Positions 34,057 through 47,106 of a DNA stretch of 64,000 nt are shown here, one piece after another (within the stretch, counting starts at the first letter, position 1; every line of letters starts with the position of its first letter). The stretch is from the human T2T-CHM13v2.0 reference genome, Homo sapiens, in NCBI RefSeq assembly GCF_009914755.1, contig NC_060943.1; one strand, written 5' to 3'. Both the position numbers and the translations under genes were made by a program. Below the pieces are notes generated by a model. It was given only the letters and a program-made list of their open reading frames with translations. It did no database searches and had not been told where the DNA came from.

Positions 34057-36509
34057 GCTTCCAAAGATGCTCTAGGAGAATTGAAGAAGAGTGGTAAAAG
34101 GCTGGAACTTATGGAGACAGCCTAAATGGGGTTGTCTGTTAACCTGGTAAGTTTACTGATTGGATGGCTGCTGATCATGCCACCTGCAGTCTCCCAAGCA
34201 CATTCCTTGAAGATAACCAAAGTCTCCCAAGCACATTCATTAGTTTCTTTAAGGAGGAGACTGGGTGGCGTAAGGGACCACAGAGCCGAATGTTGCAGAC
34301 TGACTCATTGCATTCTCCATATACTATTGCAGACCTCAGGGTGAATGAGTGTAGGTTGGTCCTACTCCAAGTTAGGCTTCTAAGAGTTTTCAAGCTCCGA
34401 CATTGAGGAGACAGTGCCCAACTAAGCTCCAATCAGAGAGAATGCTTCAGCCACTTCCCCATCTGGTTTCACATCCTCCCCTTCCTAATACTTGCTTCTT
34501 CTATATTCCCCAAGCACGATGTCTCTGGAAATGTCAAGGGGACCCTTTATGAAGCCACTTTATTTTTTGCTCTGGAGTCATTAGAGTTGCCACCTGCTCT
34601 AGCAGTTGAGCCACGGCTCTGGAAACTCCAATAAAGGGGGTAGGGGTGGAGAATAGCAATGGCCCAAATCTCCTGGTGTGCTTGGTGTGAGGATTCAGAG
34701 ACCTCCAGCATCTTAGTTACATGGTCAGGGAAAGTACTAAACACCTGCTTTTCATAATCATATTATATTAGTGGCCAATGATAAGTGATGTAGTACTTAG
34801 GAGTGTGTAGTACTTAGGTGTGCAGACAGAGGGAAGGGCAGGGCAAACTGAGGCCTGCCAGGCAAGTGCCAGCTAGGGAAGGGCTTGGACAAATTCAAAT
34901 AATCCCGAAGCTGTGGAAAGGACCTCAGTCTTCATGGATGTGTGATGATTCAATCAGAAAATGTCTAAGGATTGGCCAGACTTTCCATCCTCCACTTGCT
35001 GGCACAGCATAGGGAAGAGTTGCTGACTTAAGTTCATCCAGCCTGTACCATAGCCTTTGAAATGGTTCTCCTTTTCTGAGCTTCATTCTTAGCTTCCTGT
35101 ACATGTGCGGAGGTGTGGGGTGTGGTTTGGATGCACAAGGCTGCTCTCCCCTACCCCGGAACCTAAGAAGGCCAACAATGTGAAGATTCCTAGTGAGCCC
35201 AGGCTGTCAGCTTGTTTACTACCAAATGTTAAAAAGAAACGTTTGAGTTTGATTAGGTAAAATACAAAGGACAAATAATAATATCTTTAATATACAATTA
35301 TCATTCTTATTCCAAATGAAACTTCAGCTTTACTATTGGGCATTGGGAAGTTAATGTGTACTTAATTTTTCATCTTACAGAAGTGGCAAGGGGCAGCTTG
35401 AAGGGATAATTTTTAATGCATTTTATAATGATAATCATTTAGAGAAATCCTTATGTTGTATCTCATTAACACTAAGATGTTATTGAAAGATACACTGTTG
35501 TTTTGCAACTCTAAGATGCAATCTCATCACTTAGAATGTTTATTAACAGAGCTTCTTGCAACATGTTGAGACGTAGACTTTTGGAAGGCGAATAGAAAAA
35601 TAAAAATATATGGGAAATAAATCTGTTAAAGATTTCTTAAAATGTCTCCACATTTGGAGACTGCCTCCTGTGAATCATCTTTCAACCCCAGATTGGTTCC
35701 TGTGCTTTCTTACACAACATCATTCTCAGTTCTACCAACAGCATTGGTCATGCAAAGTTTGGTTTTATTCTAAGCTGCTGACACCCATACTGCAAGTTAT
35801 CATTGAACTGGTGACACTAGCCCCTTCTTTCTTTGAATTTTCTTTCATCTATTCCTAGAGATTTTGACAACTCCTTCTGCCTTTCATTATGTTGTTTTCC
35901 TTGTGCTAGGCAATCCTTCTGTGCCTGTCTCAGAAACAAAATGTGATACTCTTCATCTCTTTATCTTCTTGTGCCCCATAAAGCACTTGGTTGTTGATCT
36001 GCAAGAAAATATGTACTTGGGTTCATTCCTAAAACAATGAGCATGTGCTTCATTAACAGTAAATTTACGTCATCGTCTTCTATTAATGTGTCATTCTGCA
36101 CACACAACACACAAGCCAAATCATGGTGTTTTCTGATATTTAAAATGACAGTTACACTCAACACATGAAACATAAGCAATCCACACAACTTAATTGAAGT
36201 GTCAAGAATATTAACCTGAAGACTTAGTTCGTCCCTGTACAACTGGCAGCAGCTATGTCACTCTGCTTGTCTGATAGCTATTGCAAGACCCTATTGATGA
36301 TACGATGCATCACTAGTTCAAGGGTATGGGAATGTAGAATATATATGTACATCTCTGAGTGGAGGAGAGTCATTCCAATTTGAAACTTAGTATATTTATG
36401 AGGATCAGATGAAGACACACTTGAAAAGCTCCCAGCACAGTAGCTGGAGTGTGTCAAGCTTTTCGTATTTTCTCTCCTCAACTGTGCTTTCTTAAGAAAG
36501 CTGCAAAAT

Positions 36510-36810
36510 AGTCTGGGCACAGTGGCTGACACCTGTAATCCTGGCACTTTGGGAGGCTGAGGTGGGAGAACAGCTTAAAGCCAGGAGTTCAAGACCAGCC
36601 TGGGCAACAAAGCGAGACCCTGTCTGTACCAGAAAACAAAAATAAAATTAGTTGGGCATGGTGGTACATGCCTGCAGTCCCAGCTACTCGGAAGGCTGTG
36701 GTGAGCTGTGATGGCACCACTGTAATCCAGCCTGGGTGACTGAGTGAGATGCTGTTGCAAAGAAAGAAGAAGGAAGGAAGGAGAGAAAGAGAATAAGAAA
36801 GAAAGAACAA
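36510..36810 (+). mobile_element. AluJ with internal deletion
   Basis: Alu arms with a GA-rich tail. Confidence 0.85.
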
Positions 36811-36999
36811 AATATACACATCTTGTTCCATGAACTATTGACAATTTAGGTCATAGGCAATCATTCTTAGTCTAAATTTTCTTGAAGGAAGAAATAACTT
36901 TCTGTCTGGCACTAAGTTTCAACATAATTTAGGTCCCGGACAATTTTTGCTGATTTAATGAAAATTATCAATCCTCCCAGAAAATTGTTCTTAAACGGA

Positions 37000-37125
37000 T
37001 GTATAGGTAGATAGGTAAGATGTATAGGTAGGTAGGTAGGTGGGTAGATAGGTAGGTAGGTAGATAGATAGATGATGGATGGATGGGTGGTTGGATATTA
37101 GATAGATGTTAGATTGATAGACAAC
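37000..37125. repeat. (TAGG/TAGA)n simple repeat
   Basis: Seen directly. Confidence 0.9.
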
Positions 37126-37194
37126 AGACAGACTGCATGCAATTTCTTTTTTTTTAGAGTCACTAATTTTACTTTTTTAAAATGTTAAAAAATC

Positions 37195-38710
37195 TACTTT
37201 TAATTTTTTCGTAAGTTATTGGGGTACAGGTGGTATTTGGTTACTTGAGCAAAGGAGCCACTGGCCACAGAAGTTTCTGGTTGGTGAAGCGACACCCCAA
37301 GGATCCCATAACACTTTGGGAAGTATGGCCATTTTTAACAATATTGATTCTTCCTATCCATGAGCATGGAATGTTTTCCCACTTTTTTGTGTCATCTCTG
37401 ATTTGTTTGAGCATTATTTTGTAGTTCTCCTTGTAGAGATCTTTCACCTCCCTGGTTAGCTATATTCCTAGGTATTTTACTCTTTTTGTGGCAATTGTGA
37501 ATGGGAATTGCAGTCCTGATTTGGCTTTACTGTTGTTGGTGTATGGGAATGCTAGTGATTTTTGTACATTGTACAAAAAATGTACATTTGTACATTGATT
37601 TTATATCCTGCAACTTCGCTGAAGTTGCTTATCAGCTGAAGGAGCTTTTGTGGAGACTGTAGGGTTTTCTAGATACAGGATCATGTCATCTGCAAACAGG
37701 GATAGTTTGATGTACTCTCTTTTTATTTAGATGCCCTTTATTTCTTTCTCTTGCTTGATTGCTCTGGCCAGGACTTCCTATACTATGTTGAATAGGAGCA
37801 GTGAAAGAGGGCATCCTTATCTTGTACCAGTTTTCAAGGTGAATTCTTCCAGCTTTTGCCCATTCTGTATAATGTTGGCTGTGAGTTTGTCACAGATGGC
37901 TCTTGTTATTTTGAAGTATATTTCTTCAATACCTAGTTTATTGAGAGTTTTTAACATGAAGAGGTGTTGAATTTTTCTCAAAAGCCTTTTCTGCATCTAC
38001 TGAGATAATTATGTGGTTTTTGTCTTTAGTTCTGTTTCTGCAATGAATCACATTTATTGATTTGCATATGTTGAACCAACCTTGCATCCCAGGAATAAAG
38101 CCTGCTTGATCATGGTGGATTAGCTTTTCATGTGCTGCTGGATTCAGTTTGCCGGGATTTCTTGAGGATTTTTTGCATTGATGTTCATCAAGGATATTGG
38201 CCTGAAGCTTTCTTTTCTTGTTGTGTGTCTGCCAGGTTTTGATATCAGGATGATGCTGGCCTCATAGAATAAGTTAGGGAGGAGTCCCTCCTTCTCAATT
38301 TTTTGGAATACTTTCAGTAGGAATGGTACCAGCTCTTCTTTGTACATCTGGTAGAATTCAACTGTGAATCCATCTGGTCTTGGAAATTTTTTGGTTGGTA
38401 GGCTATTTATTGCTGATTCAATTTCAGAACTTGTTATTGGTCTATTCAGGGACCGAATCTCTTCCTGGTCCAATCTTGGGAGTGTATATGTCCAAAAATA
38501 TATCAGTTTCTTGTAGATTTTCTGGTTTATGTGCATAGAGGTGTTGATAATATTCTCTGATGGTTATTATTTCTGTGGGGTTAGTGATAATATCCCCCTT
38601 TACATTTCTAATGGTATTTATTCGGATCTTCCCTCTTCTTTTTTAATCTAGCTAGTGTTCTATCTATTTTATTAATTTTTTTCAAAAAACCAACTCTTGG
38701 ATTTGTTGAT

Positions 38711-38762
<52 letters not shown>

Positions 38763-39672
38763 TCTGTCTCCTTCAGTTCAGTTTTGATTTTGATTATTTC
38801 TTGTCTTCTGCCGGCTTTGGGGTTTGTTTGCTCTGGGTTCTCTAGTTCTTTTAGTTGTGATGTTAGGTTGTGAAGCTGAGTTCTGACTCTCTGAAGTGGG
38901 CAATTAGTACTATAAATTTCCCTCTTACTCCTGCCTTAGCTGTGTTCCAGAGATTCTGGTATATTGTATCTTTGTTCTCATTGGTTTCAAATAGCTTCTT
39001 GATTTCTGCCTCAATTTCATTATTTACCCCAAAGTCATTCAGGGGCAGGTTATTCAATTTCCATGTAATTGTATGGTTTTGAGCAAATTCCTTAGTCTTG
39101 ATTTCTAATTTGATTGTGCTATGGTCTGAGAGAGTGGTTGTTATGATTTCGGTTCTTTTGTGTTTGCTGAGGAGTGTTTCGTGTCTGATTATGTGGTCGA
39201 TTTTTCAATGTGTGCCATGTGGTGGTGAGAAGAATGTATATTCTATTGCTTTTGTGTGGAGAGTTCTGCAGATGTCTATCAGGCCCATTTGATCCAGTGC
39301 TGAGTTCAGGTCCTGAATATCTTTGTTAATTTTCTGACCTGATGATCTGTCTAATACTGTCAGTGAGGTATTGAAGTTTCCCACTATTATTGTATGGATG
39401 TCTAGATCTCTTTGAAGGTCTCAAAGAGCTTGCTCTCTGAATCTGGGTGCTCTTGTGTTGGGTGCATATGTATTTAGGATAGTTAGGCCTTGTTGAATTG
39501 AACCCTTTACTATTACATAATACCCTTCTTTGTCTTTTTTTATCTTTGTTGGTTTAAAGTCATCTGAGATTAGGATTGCAACTCCTGCTTTTTTCTGTTT
39601 TCCATTTGCTTGGTAGATTTTCCTCCATCCCTTTATTTTGAGCCTGTGGGTGTAATTGCATGTGAGATGGAC
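37195..39672 (-). mobile_element. L1PB/L1PA-type ORF2 fragment with a MER52 LTR remnant (37248-37312) and (TG)n (38716-38760)
   Basis: ORF2 fragments ([20 protein letters not shown]); the L1 3' end abuts the LTR tip, implying a deletion. Confidence 0.88.
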
Positions 39673-40967
39673 TGCATGCAGTTTCAAGGGTTCAGGTTCA
39701 CTGTTTATTTAAACCAAATACTACAGGGTATGATCTCCTGAACTAAGTGGGTGAAGTACACGTTTCCTATGAAACAGCCTTTTTCATTATCTCACAGGGC
39801 AATAACTTCTTTAGAGTTTTGATAAATATTTTAGTTCCCCCAGCAAGCATCAGATGATGAGTTAAAGAACATACCATGTTATTTAAAATATGGCATTTGT
39901 TTGTCTACATGCTGTATATTGAGGTTCTTGGAAGCACCTTTTCATTATGTTTATAAACTGGTTACTTGCAAGTGGTTGCTTGCCAGTTTAAACTAGCTTA
40001 AGCTGTGGCAAAAAGAGGAATTTATTATCTTTGGTAGGTTCCAAATTAAAAAATAAAGTGAGCAAGAACTAAGATTAGAAGAAATTTATGAGCTTGGATG
40101 AAGGTTCCCAGTATTTCTCATTATTTTTATGTTTAATGATGTATAGTTCCTTTTCTGTAAATGATACACTATTCAGAATAATTGTTTTGGGTTGTTTGCT
40201 TCCTTCTTATTAATTTATAAATGCTCTTTTTATATGGGAGATACTAACCTTTTGTCTGTTATATGTTTTCCTCGCCTTTGTGTTTGTTTCTCAGTAATGC
40301 TGGTGGAGTCTTCTTTTTTGAGATATTTTAAATTTTTATGCAGCAGTGTCTTTTACCACTGCCCTACATCTTCTTTCCACTTTTTGGCTTCCGCTTACGT
40401 AAGGAGGCCATCTCCAACTTAAAGTTCTATGAATAGTTCTATATTTTTACTTTCTTTTTAGTCATTTTTATTCACATATAACTTTTTCTATAAGATGTGA
40501 TGCTGAGTCTAAGTTAATTTTCTTGCTAATGAATGTCCTATTGAATCTGAAATTACTTGTTGACTAGTTTCATCCCTTTTCTTCTAATGTACAATGTTAC
40601 TTTTCTTATATCTCAGTTTTCCATTATTAGCTTTATCTGTTGATGGACTCTGTTCAATTGATTTATGTGTAATTTTTCTAGGTAGTGTCTGGTTCATTTA
40701 CAGTAGCTTTGTTTTAAATTTTAATAATAGACAAAAACTTCTCTCCTTATTACACTACATTAAGCTTTACTCGACGATATTTGTGCAGTCAGCTTTAAGA
40801 GCTCCCAAGTAATTTTCTAAACCCTCCTCCTAAAAAATAGCAAAATTTAAAAATGGGAATTCAGATGAAATTTTTTTGTAAACATTGTTTGGCTTTGGAA
40901 AGCATGAGCATTCTAATGTTTTAATACTTTCTGTCTCAGAGGTTTATCGACTTCTTTTTTTATTAGG

Positions 40968-41487
<520 letters not shown>

Positions 41488-42609
41488 GCCTTGCAGAGGA
41501 GGGAAACAGTGAATTTTGTCATTCACTTAACCAGTTTTCACACACACACAGAGAAAGTCCAGAAGCCTGGCTGGTAAGAAATTCTTACCCTTTTGCTGGC
41601 ATGCTACGGTTTTGGGTTCTCTTTTTCTGAGCAACTTTGGTGACCTTGCTCCCTGTGGCATAGCTGTGGGGGCCAAGCCACGTTACAAAAGAAAATGATC
41701 CCTTTCCATTTCATGGAACCATAGGCAAAAGTCTCTCCTTTTTACAAGAGGCCAACCAGTGGGTTGCATGGGAAAATAAGATATTGAATTAAATGCACAG
41801 AAAGAAAACAATTCATTGGGACATAAGTGACACAAACTTTGGTTCCACGTGCTGTCAGTTCTCTCCTTAAAAAGCCAGCACCCAAAGTTGATAGACTCAC
41901 ACACCCAAACAGACAGATGACAGAAAAGTCCACAGGCTTCCCCTCCTCACATGGTGTGGCAAAGAGAAAGTGAAGTGGTGAGGGGTTTTGAATAGAGTTA
42001 CAGGATTGAGGGCCAGTATGACAGAGAAGGGGAGAGAGAAGGAGAGGAAGAGGGAGGGAAAACGATAGAGGGAGAGAGGGAGGGAGAGGGAGAGGAAAGA
42101 AGAAAGGGAAGGAGGGAGAAAGGGAGGGAGAGGGAGAGGAAAGAAGAAGAAAGGGAAGGAGGGAGAAAGGGAGGGAGGGATGGATAGAATTGTTTCTTGG
42201 GACTGGAACCCAAACCAACTTAGGCCAGGGAAAAGGTACACTCTGTCCCACTGCCTGCTGAGTTGATCAGATCCAGGTAGTCAACGATTTCAACCTGTCC
42301 CTCACAGATATCTGTTCACGTGACCCAAACCACTAAGGATTAGGAGAGGAGAGACAAGGCACCCTAAGTGACAGAAAAGTTAGGAAGTGAAAAGGAGAGA
42401 AAGCAAGAAGGGAAGGGAGAAAAGCATTGCCTGCAGGAGGGATGGGGGAGGCAAGGAGGGCTGGCAGGCTGGAGAAAGACTCAACCAGCTTGGCGACACT
42501 GAATCAGAAGTTCAGGCAGCTGCTTGTCAGCCGTGAAGGGATCTTGTCCAGCAGTCCCATCAGCTCACAAGTCTCCCCCTCAGGGAGAGAAAGGCTCCCC
42601 ACATCCCAT

Positions 42610-43196
42610 TGTTGGGAATGGGTGCTCGGTGTCACAAAAATCAACACTGAGACAAAGGATCTCTCAGCAAGGCTAGTTTACTTTCTGCAGAAAGAGGGCC
42701 GCTTGCTAGCAGTCTTGCCATGAGAGCACACACGAACAAAGGAGACAGGGTCATTTATAACCTGATATGCCACCCTACTGCTGTGTCTGGCTTCCGTTGG
42801 CTGGAATGGGACCTCACATTCTGTACTTGACCTGATTGGCTAGCAACTTAGAACTTCCCCAAAGAGGCAAAGGCAGAGGAGAACAAAGGAAGACAGGAAG
42901 TAACTTGTGGAATGCTGAGAGAGGCAAAAGCACTTCCAAATAAGGAAGAGGAATAGGCTATGACCTAATGCTTGCTTGGGCCTGTTCAGGCATGCCAGGG
43001 CAAATATCTAGGCTAAAATGTGGTAGCTAAGAACGCAGAGTATATTGATTTCTTTATTATGGCTAGCAGATATTTAAGAATATTAGCACAGGTCTTTGAG
43101 TAAATTTTGCTTCTAAGAGAGGTTACTATCTATTCTCAATTAGACTGGGAGGAAAGTCCCTCTGAAGAGGAACCTCTACTTATTTTATTTTCTACA
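42610..43196 (-). mobile_element. LTR10-type (HERV-I group) solo LTR
   Basis: TGTAGAAAATAAAATAAGTAGAGGTTCCTCTTC...CCCAACA; TSD CCAT. Confidence 0.75.
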
Positions 43197-43690
43197 CCAT
43201 GATCCCAGGCAAGCCCCTAAATAATACATTACTGGTCTTGGGTTCCTGGGCTCTCAATGCAATAGAAACTGACATGAGGTCAAAATAGTTTTCCCAGACA
43301 AAGCTTCATTGGAGATTATTCCTGGACATAAGAGAGGCAGCACAAGAGAGAAAGAATTCCCTGATGACTCCCTGAAAAGAGCTGGTAGGGCTTTTTTTAT
43401 TAGGCAAAGTGTGGGAATTGACATCAGGGGTAGGGTATGCAGGCTGGGCTGGGCAAAGCAGGAGAGGTATACGGTATGCAGGTCAGCAGTATCTGCTTAG
43501 GATGGTTTTCTTGAGGAAGAGACCACCTGGTGGTCTGGCCTGTGGCAGCAAGGCTGTGAATCAGTTGTTCAACATTCTTTCTGGAATCTTGGTTGTCTCC
43601 TAAGACCAGTTCTTGGGATTCTTTAAGTAAAAGGACTATTAGCAATGAGGTAGTGGCGTGGGTTTTGTGATCAGCAGGAATGTTGTAGTA

Positions 43691-44264
43691 CAGCAGTCCC
43701 TAACCTTTTTGGCTCCAGGGACTGGTTTCCCAAGGAAGACAGTTTTTCCATGGACAAAGGAGGAGGGGGATAGTTTCAGGATGATTCAAGCACATTACAT
43801 TAATTGTGGACTTTATGTCTATTATTGTTACATTGTAATATATAATGAAATAATATACATTATATATTACATATGCAACTCACCATACTGTAGAATCAGT
43901 GGGAGCCCTGAGCTTGTTCTTCTGCAGCTAGATGGTCTCATCTGGGAGTGACAGGAGACAGTGACAGATCATCAGACATTAGATTCTCATATTAGATAAG
44001 GAGTATTAGATTAGATAAGGAGTGTGCAACCTAAATACTTCACATGCACAGTTCACAATAGGGTTCATGCTCTTATGAGAATCTAATGCTCCTACTGATC
44101 TGACAGGAGGCTATGCTTAGGCAATAAGGTGAGTGATGGGGAGCAGCTGTAAATACAGATGAAGCTCCACCCACTAAGTCACTGCTTACTGCCTGCTATG
44201 CAGCCCAGTTCCTAAAAGCAGACACACTGGTACCAGTCCATGGCCTGTGGGTTGGGGACCCCTG
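43691..44264. mobile_element. MER1A (hAT-Charlie)
   Basis: CAGCAGTCCCTAACC...GGTTGGGGACCCCTG terminal inverted repeats. Confidence 0.85.
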
Positions 44265-45682
44265 CTCTAGTAGGGGTGAGATGAAGCCAAGCCCTGACTC
44301 TTCTCTGTCTCAAGGAGAGCCCTAGGTACATAATACTGAGAAGAGGAGCAGCTCTGTAATTGCAGTTTTAGGCACAAGGAAGCATCATTGGGCATCCTGA
44401 TTATCTCTTTAATGAATATTCACTGTCACTATCTTGATAATATCTGTAGGTATCATTTACAAAATTTTCTTAACTACTATCTTGAAATAATTTTAAACTT
44501 ACAAAAAAGTTGTACAGTTGGTTTCTTTCTTTCACACAGATTCTCATAATGTTAACATCTTAAATGATCTTAATACAATTATTGAAAGCAAGAAATGAAT
44601 ATTGACTAACACTATTAATGAATCTACAGGCTTTATTTTAATTTTATCAGTTGTCCCCTCATGTCCACTTCCTGCTCCAGGATCCAATCCAGAATCCCAC
44701 ATTGCTTTTGATGATCATGTCTCCTTTGTGCCCTCCCAACTGGGATAGTGCTTTGTGTTTTCTTAGAGTCTGTATTTCTCTATTTGGTATCCATTAACTA
44801 CAGGGTTTAACTCATGGTCAGAGTTGTTTGCATCTCCCCCGAGAGCCAGAACCCCTGCTCTGAACCATCCGAACCATCCCCTTTAGTGTAGGGGAGAGAA
44901 GAGGGTTAGATAAAAGGTTTCAGTCACTTCCTACAGGAACCTCACTGAAGTAGGACACAAGTTCGTGAGACCTTTGATCTGAGGTCCTTCAGTGAGGGAG
45001 GTAGGACCTCACTGATGCAAGAAACATGCTGGAGGAATAGCAAGTTGACCTCCATTCCAGTCTTCTGTGGCTGTGTAGATCTAGAACTAATTTCCACCTC
45101 AAAGGGAAGACTTTCCTGGACAGGCTTGCAGCCCTGAGTGGAAACATCCCACTGCCTTTGACTCCTGACTCCGTATCTCTTTTCCAGTAACAGTTGTGTA
45201 AATGTTTATTAGCTGACAATTATCTAACAATTCTTGGCTTCCAGACTTCACCCATGTCAACATTTTTCAAAGTGTGGCAGCAAACACTTTCTTTTCTTTA
45301 AGGATTCTGAATACAGGCCCTCAGTCTTTTCTGGCTTGTAGGGTTTCTGTTGAAAGGTCCACTGTTAGCCTAATGGGATTCCCTTTCCAGGAGACCTTCC
45401 CCTACTTTCTAGCTGCATTTAATATTTTTTCTTTATATTGACCTTGGAGAATCTGATGACTGTGTCTTGGGGATGGTCCTCATGTATAGTATCTCAGAGG
45501 AGTTATCTGAATTTCCCAGATTTGGATGTCAACCTCTCTAGCAAAGTTGGGGAAAGTTTCATGGACAGCATCCTCAAATGTGTTTTCCAGGTTGCTTGCC
45601 CTCTCTCCCTCTCCTTCAGGGATGCCAATATGTGGTAGGTTTGGTCTCTTTATATAGTCCCAGATTTCTTGGTGGTTTCATT

Positions 45683-47106
45683 CTTTTTTTAAGAAAATAT
45701 TATGTCATGAAAAAACTCATCAATTAACTAGATTCATACTTGTTTGAACAAGAATTGAAAATCTATTAAATAGGCAGAATGTGGGCATCTTGTTCCACAT
45801 GGGAATGAAAAGATGCTATAGGTTCTTTAAGAATTGCACAGTGTAAAAAAATAACAAGAAAGGAGAAGGAAAGGGGAAAAAATCACATGATATTGGGAGC
45901 CATCTCACATTATGAATAATCTACCAATAAACATGTAAAAAATAATACTCTTTGTTTCTGCAGTAGCTTTGAGTTTATAGTTCTTGGAATGACTGTATTC
46001 CATTGAAGACATCTCAGTAACAGGAGGCTGTTTTAGCAATCCCATGTGCAGATATTAATAAAAAAATATATAAAATAATGCAATTCATCTCTTGCCATCA
46101 CCCCAGAAATCATGACATTTCTGAGAACTGTTTTGCTTGAAAATGGGTTAAGCTGTAAGTTTCGGCTGAAGCTCTGTCTCTCCAACCCGTTTGAGTGCAA
46201 CATTCACTAGAAGCTGAAATCCACTAAAGTCCTGGTTGAGATCCATTGGAGTAGGGGGAGGAGTGTTGAAAAGACTACTCTGTGTATTGGTACTTGGTCT
46301 AGATTTACACATGTCCTCTGGGCACATGAGAGAGGTGTCTGTAAAGTTGTTGGCTGCTACCTGCTGTATATCTGTGTTTTGTCCCACACCAACTGACTGG
46401 CAGAGAAAGGGACATCTTTCAATGCAGTCACAGTGGCATGGCAGATCACTGATGGACGAGCCAAAACTGATCCTGGGGAAGACGGCTTAGGAGACAATGG
46501 CCTCCCTAGGGTTGGGTTTGGCCCAGATGTACAGGAATGAAATGGGGTCTCCTCTAGAGCTGGCATGAAGTTTTTGATGCCCATCACAAACTTCACAGAG
46601 CTTGTTTCAGAAATCTTGGGCCCACGGCAGGTAATTGTGAACTGATTTGGATCTTTGCCATCCTTTCTCAGCATGTCAGGATGCGTACACCACATGAAAT
46701 ATTATCTCCTTCGTAGGCTCATTTATCTGAGAAGCTTGTGGCGGGCGTTGATGAACCAGTTACAGACCTGTAGTGTAGACAGATATGTTTGCTGGGACAA
46801 CAGTGCTTTTTCTTGCTCGGAAGGATGGACATTGTAATGGTGCTCATACAGCCAATCTTGAAGAATCTGCACAGACTCCTTGGGCAGGTTGCCCCTTCTC
46901 CTTCTCTTGCCTGAGCCAGAGGATGAAGGAAGGTCCAAGGGAATGTCCATGGAATCGTCATCCTCCGTCTCACTGCCAGATGCTGCAACAATACCTTTCA
47001 TTGTTTCCATGAGTCAGTGCAGAGGAGCAGGACCCTGCGTGACCCAGGATGGGGACACCTATGCGGCCAGTGTGGCCCAGCCTTGGTCCCCGGCTTCAGG
47101 GAGAGG
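45683..47106 (-). pseudogene. TGIF1P1: TGIF1 processed pseudogene (TALE homeodomain)
   Basis: Intronless [11 protein letters not shown]...WFINAR...ELQPKLTA* (stop 46148) plus 3'UTR and A-tail remnant at ~45683-45690. Disrupted by a 48-bp insertion and a frameshift near 46400. Inserted into an L1. The P1 suffix is from memory. Confidence 0.92.
46681..46728 (+). other. Micro-NUMT: mitochondrial COX1 fragment
   Basis: (G)ATGCGTACACCACATGAAATATTATCTCCTTCGTAGGCTCATTTATCT = [16 protein letters not shown] in the mitochondrial code, versus human COX1 DAYTTWNILSSVGSFI. Confidence 0.85.

Larger units (their letters stand above)
41540..44312 (-). mobile_element. Truncated ERV1: 5' LTR ~43222-44312, PBS-Pro-like ~43201-43219, leader to ~41540; hosts LTR10 and MER1 insertions
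   Basis: Minus strand TAGGGGCTTGCCTGGGAT resembles the tRNA-Pro PBS TGGGGGCTCGTCCGGGAT; purine-rich repeat at 42020-42185. Confidence 0.6.

Noticed and set aside
34189-34238. AGTCTCCCAAGCACATTC repeated at a 32-bp interval upstream of IGFL3
   Set aside because: Real, but no motif I can assign; likely a neutral micro-duplication.
41742-42251. Pro/Ser/Leu-rich ORFs (also 58389-58824)
   Set aside because: Translation of GA/CT low-complexity tracts.
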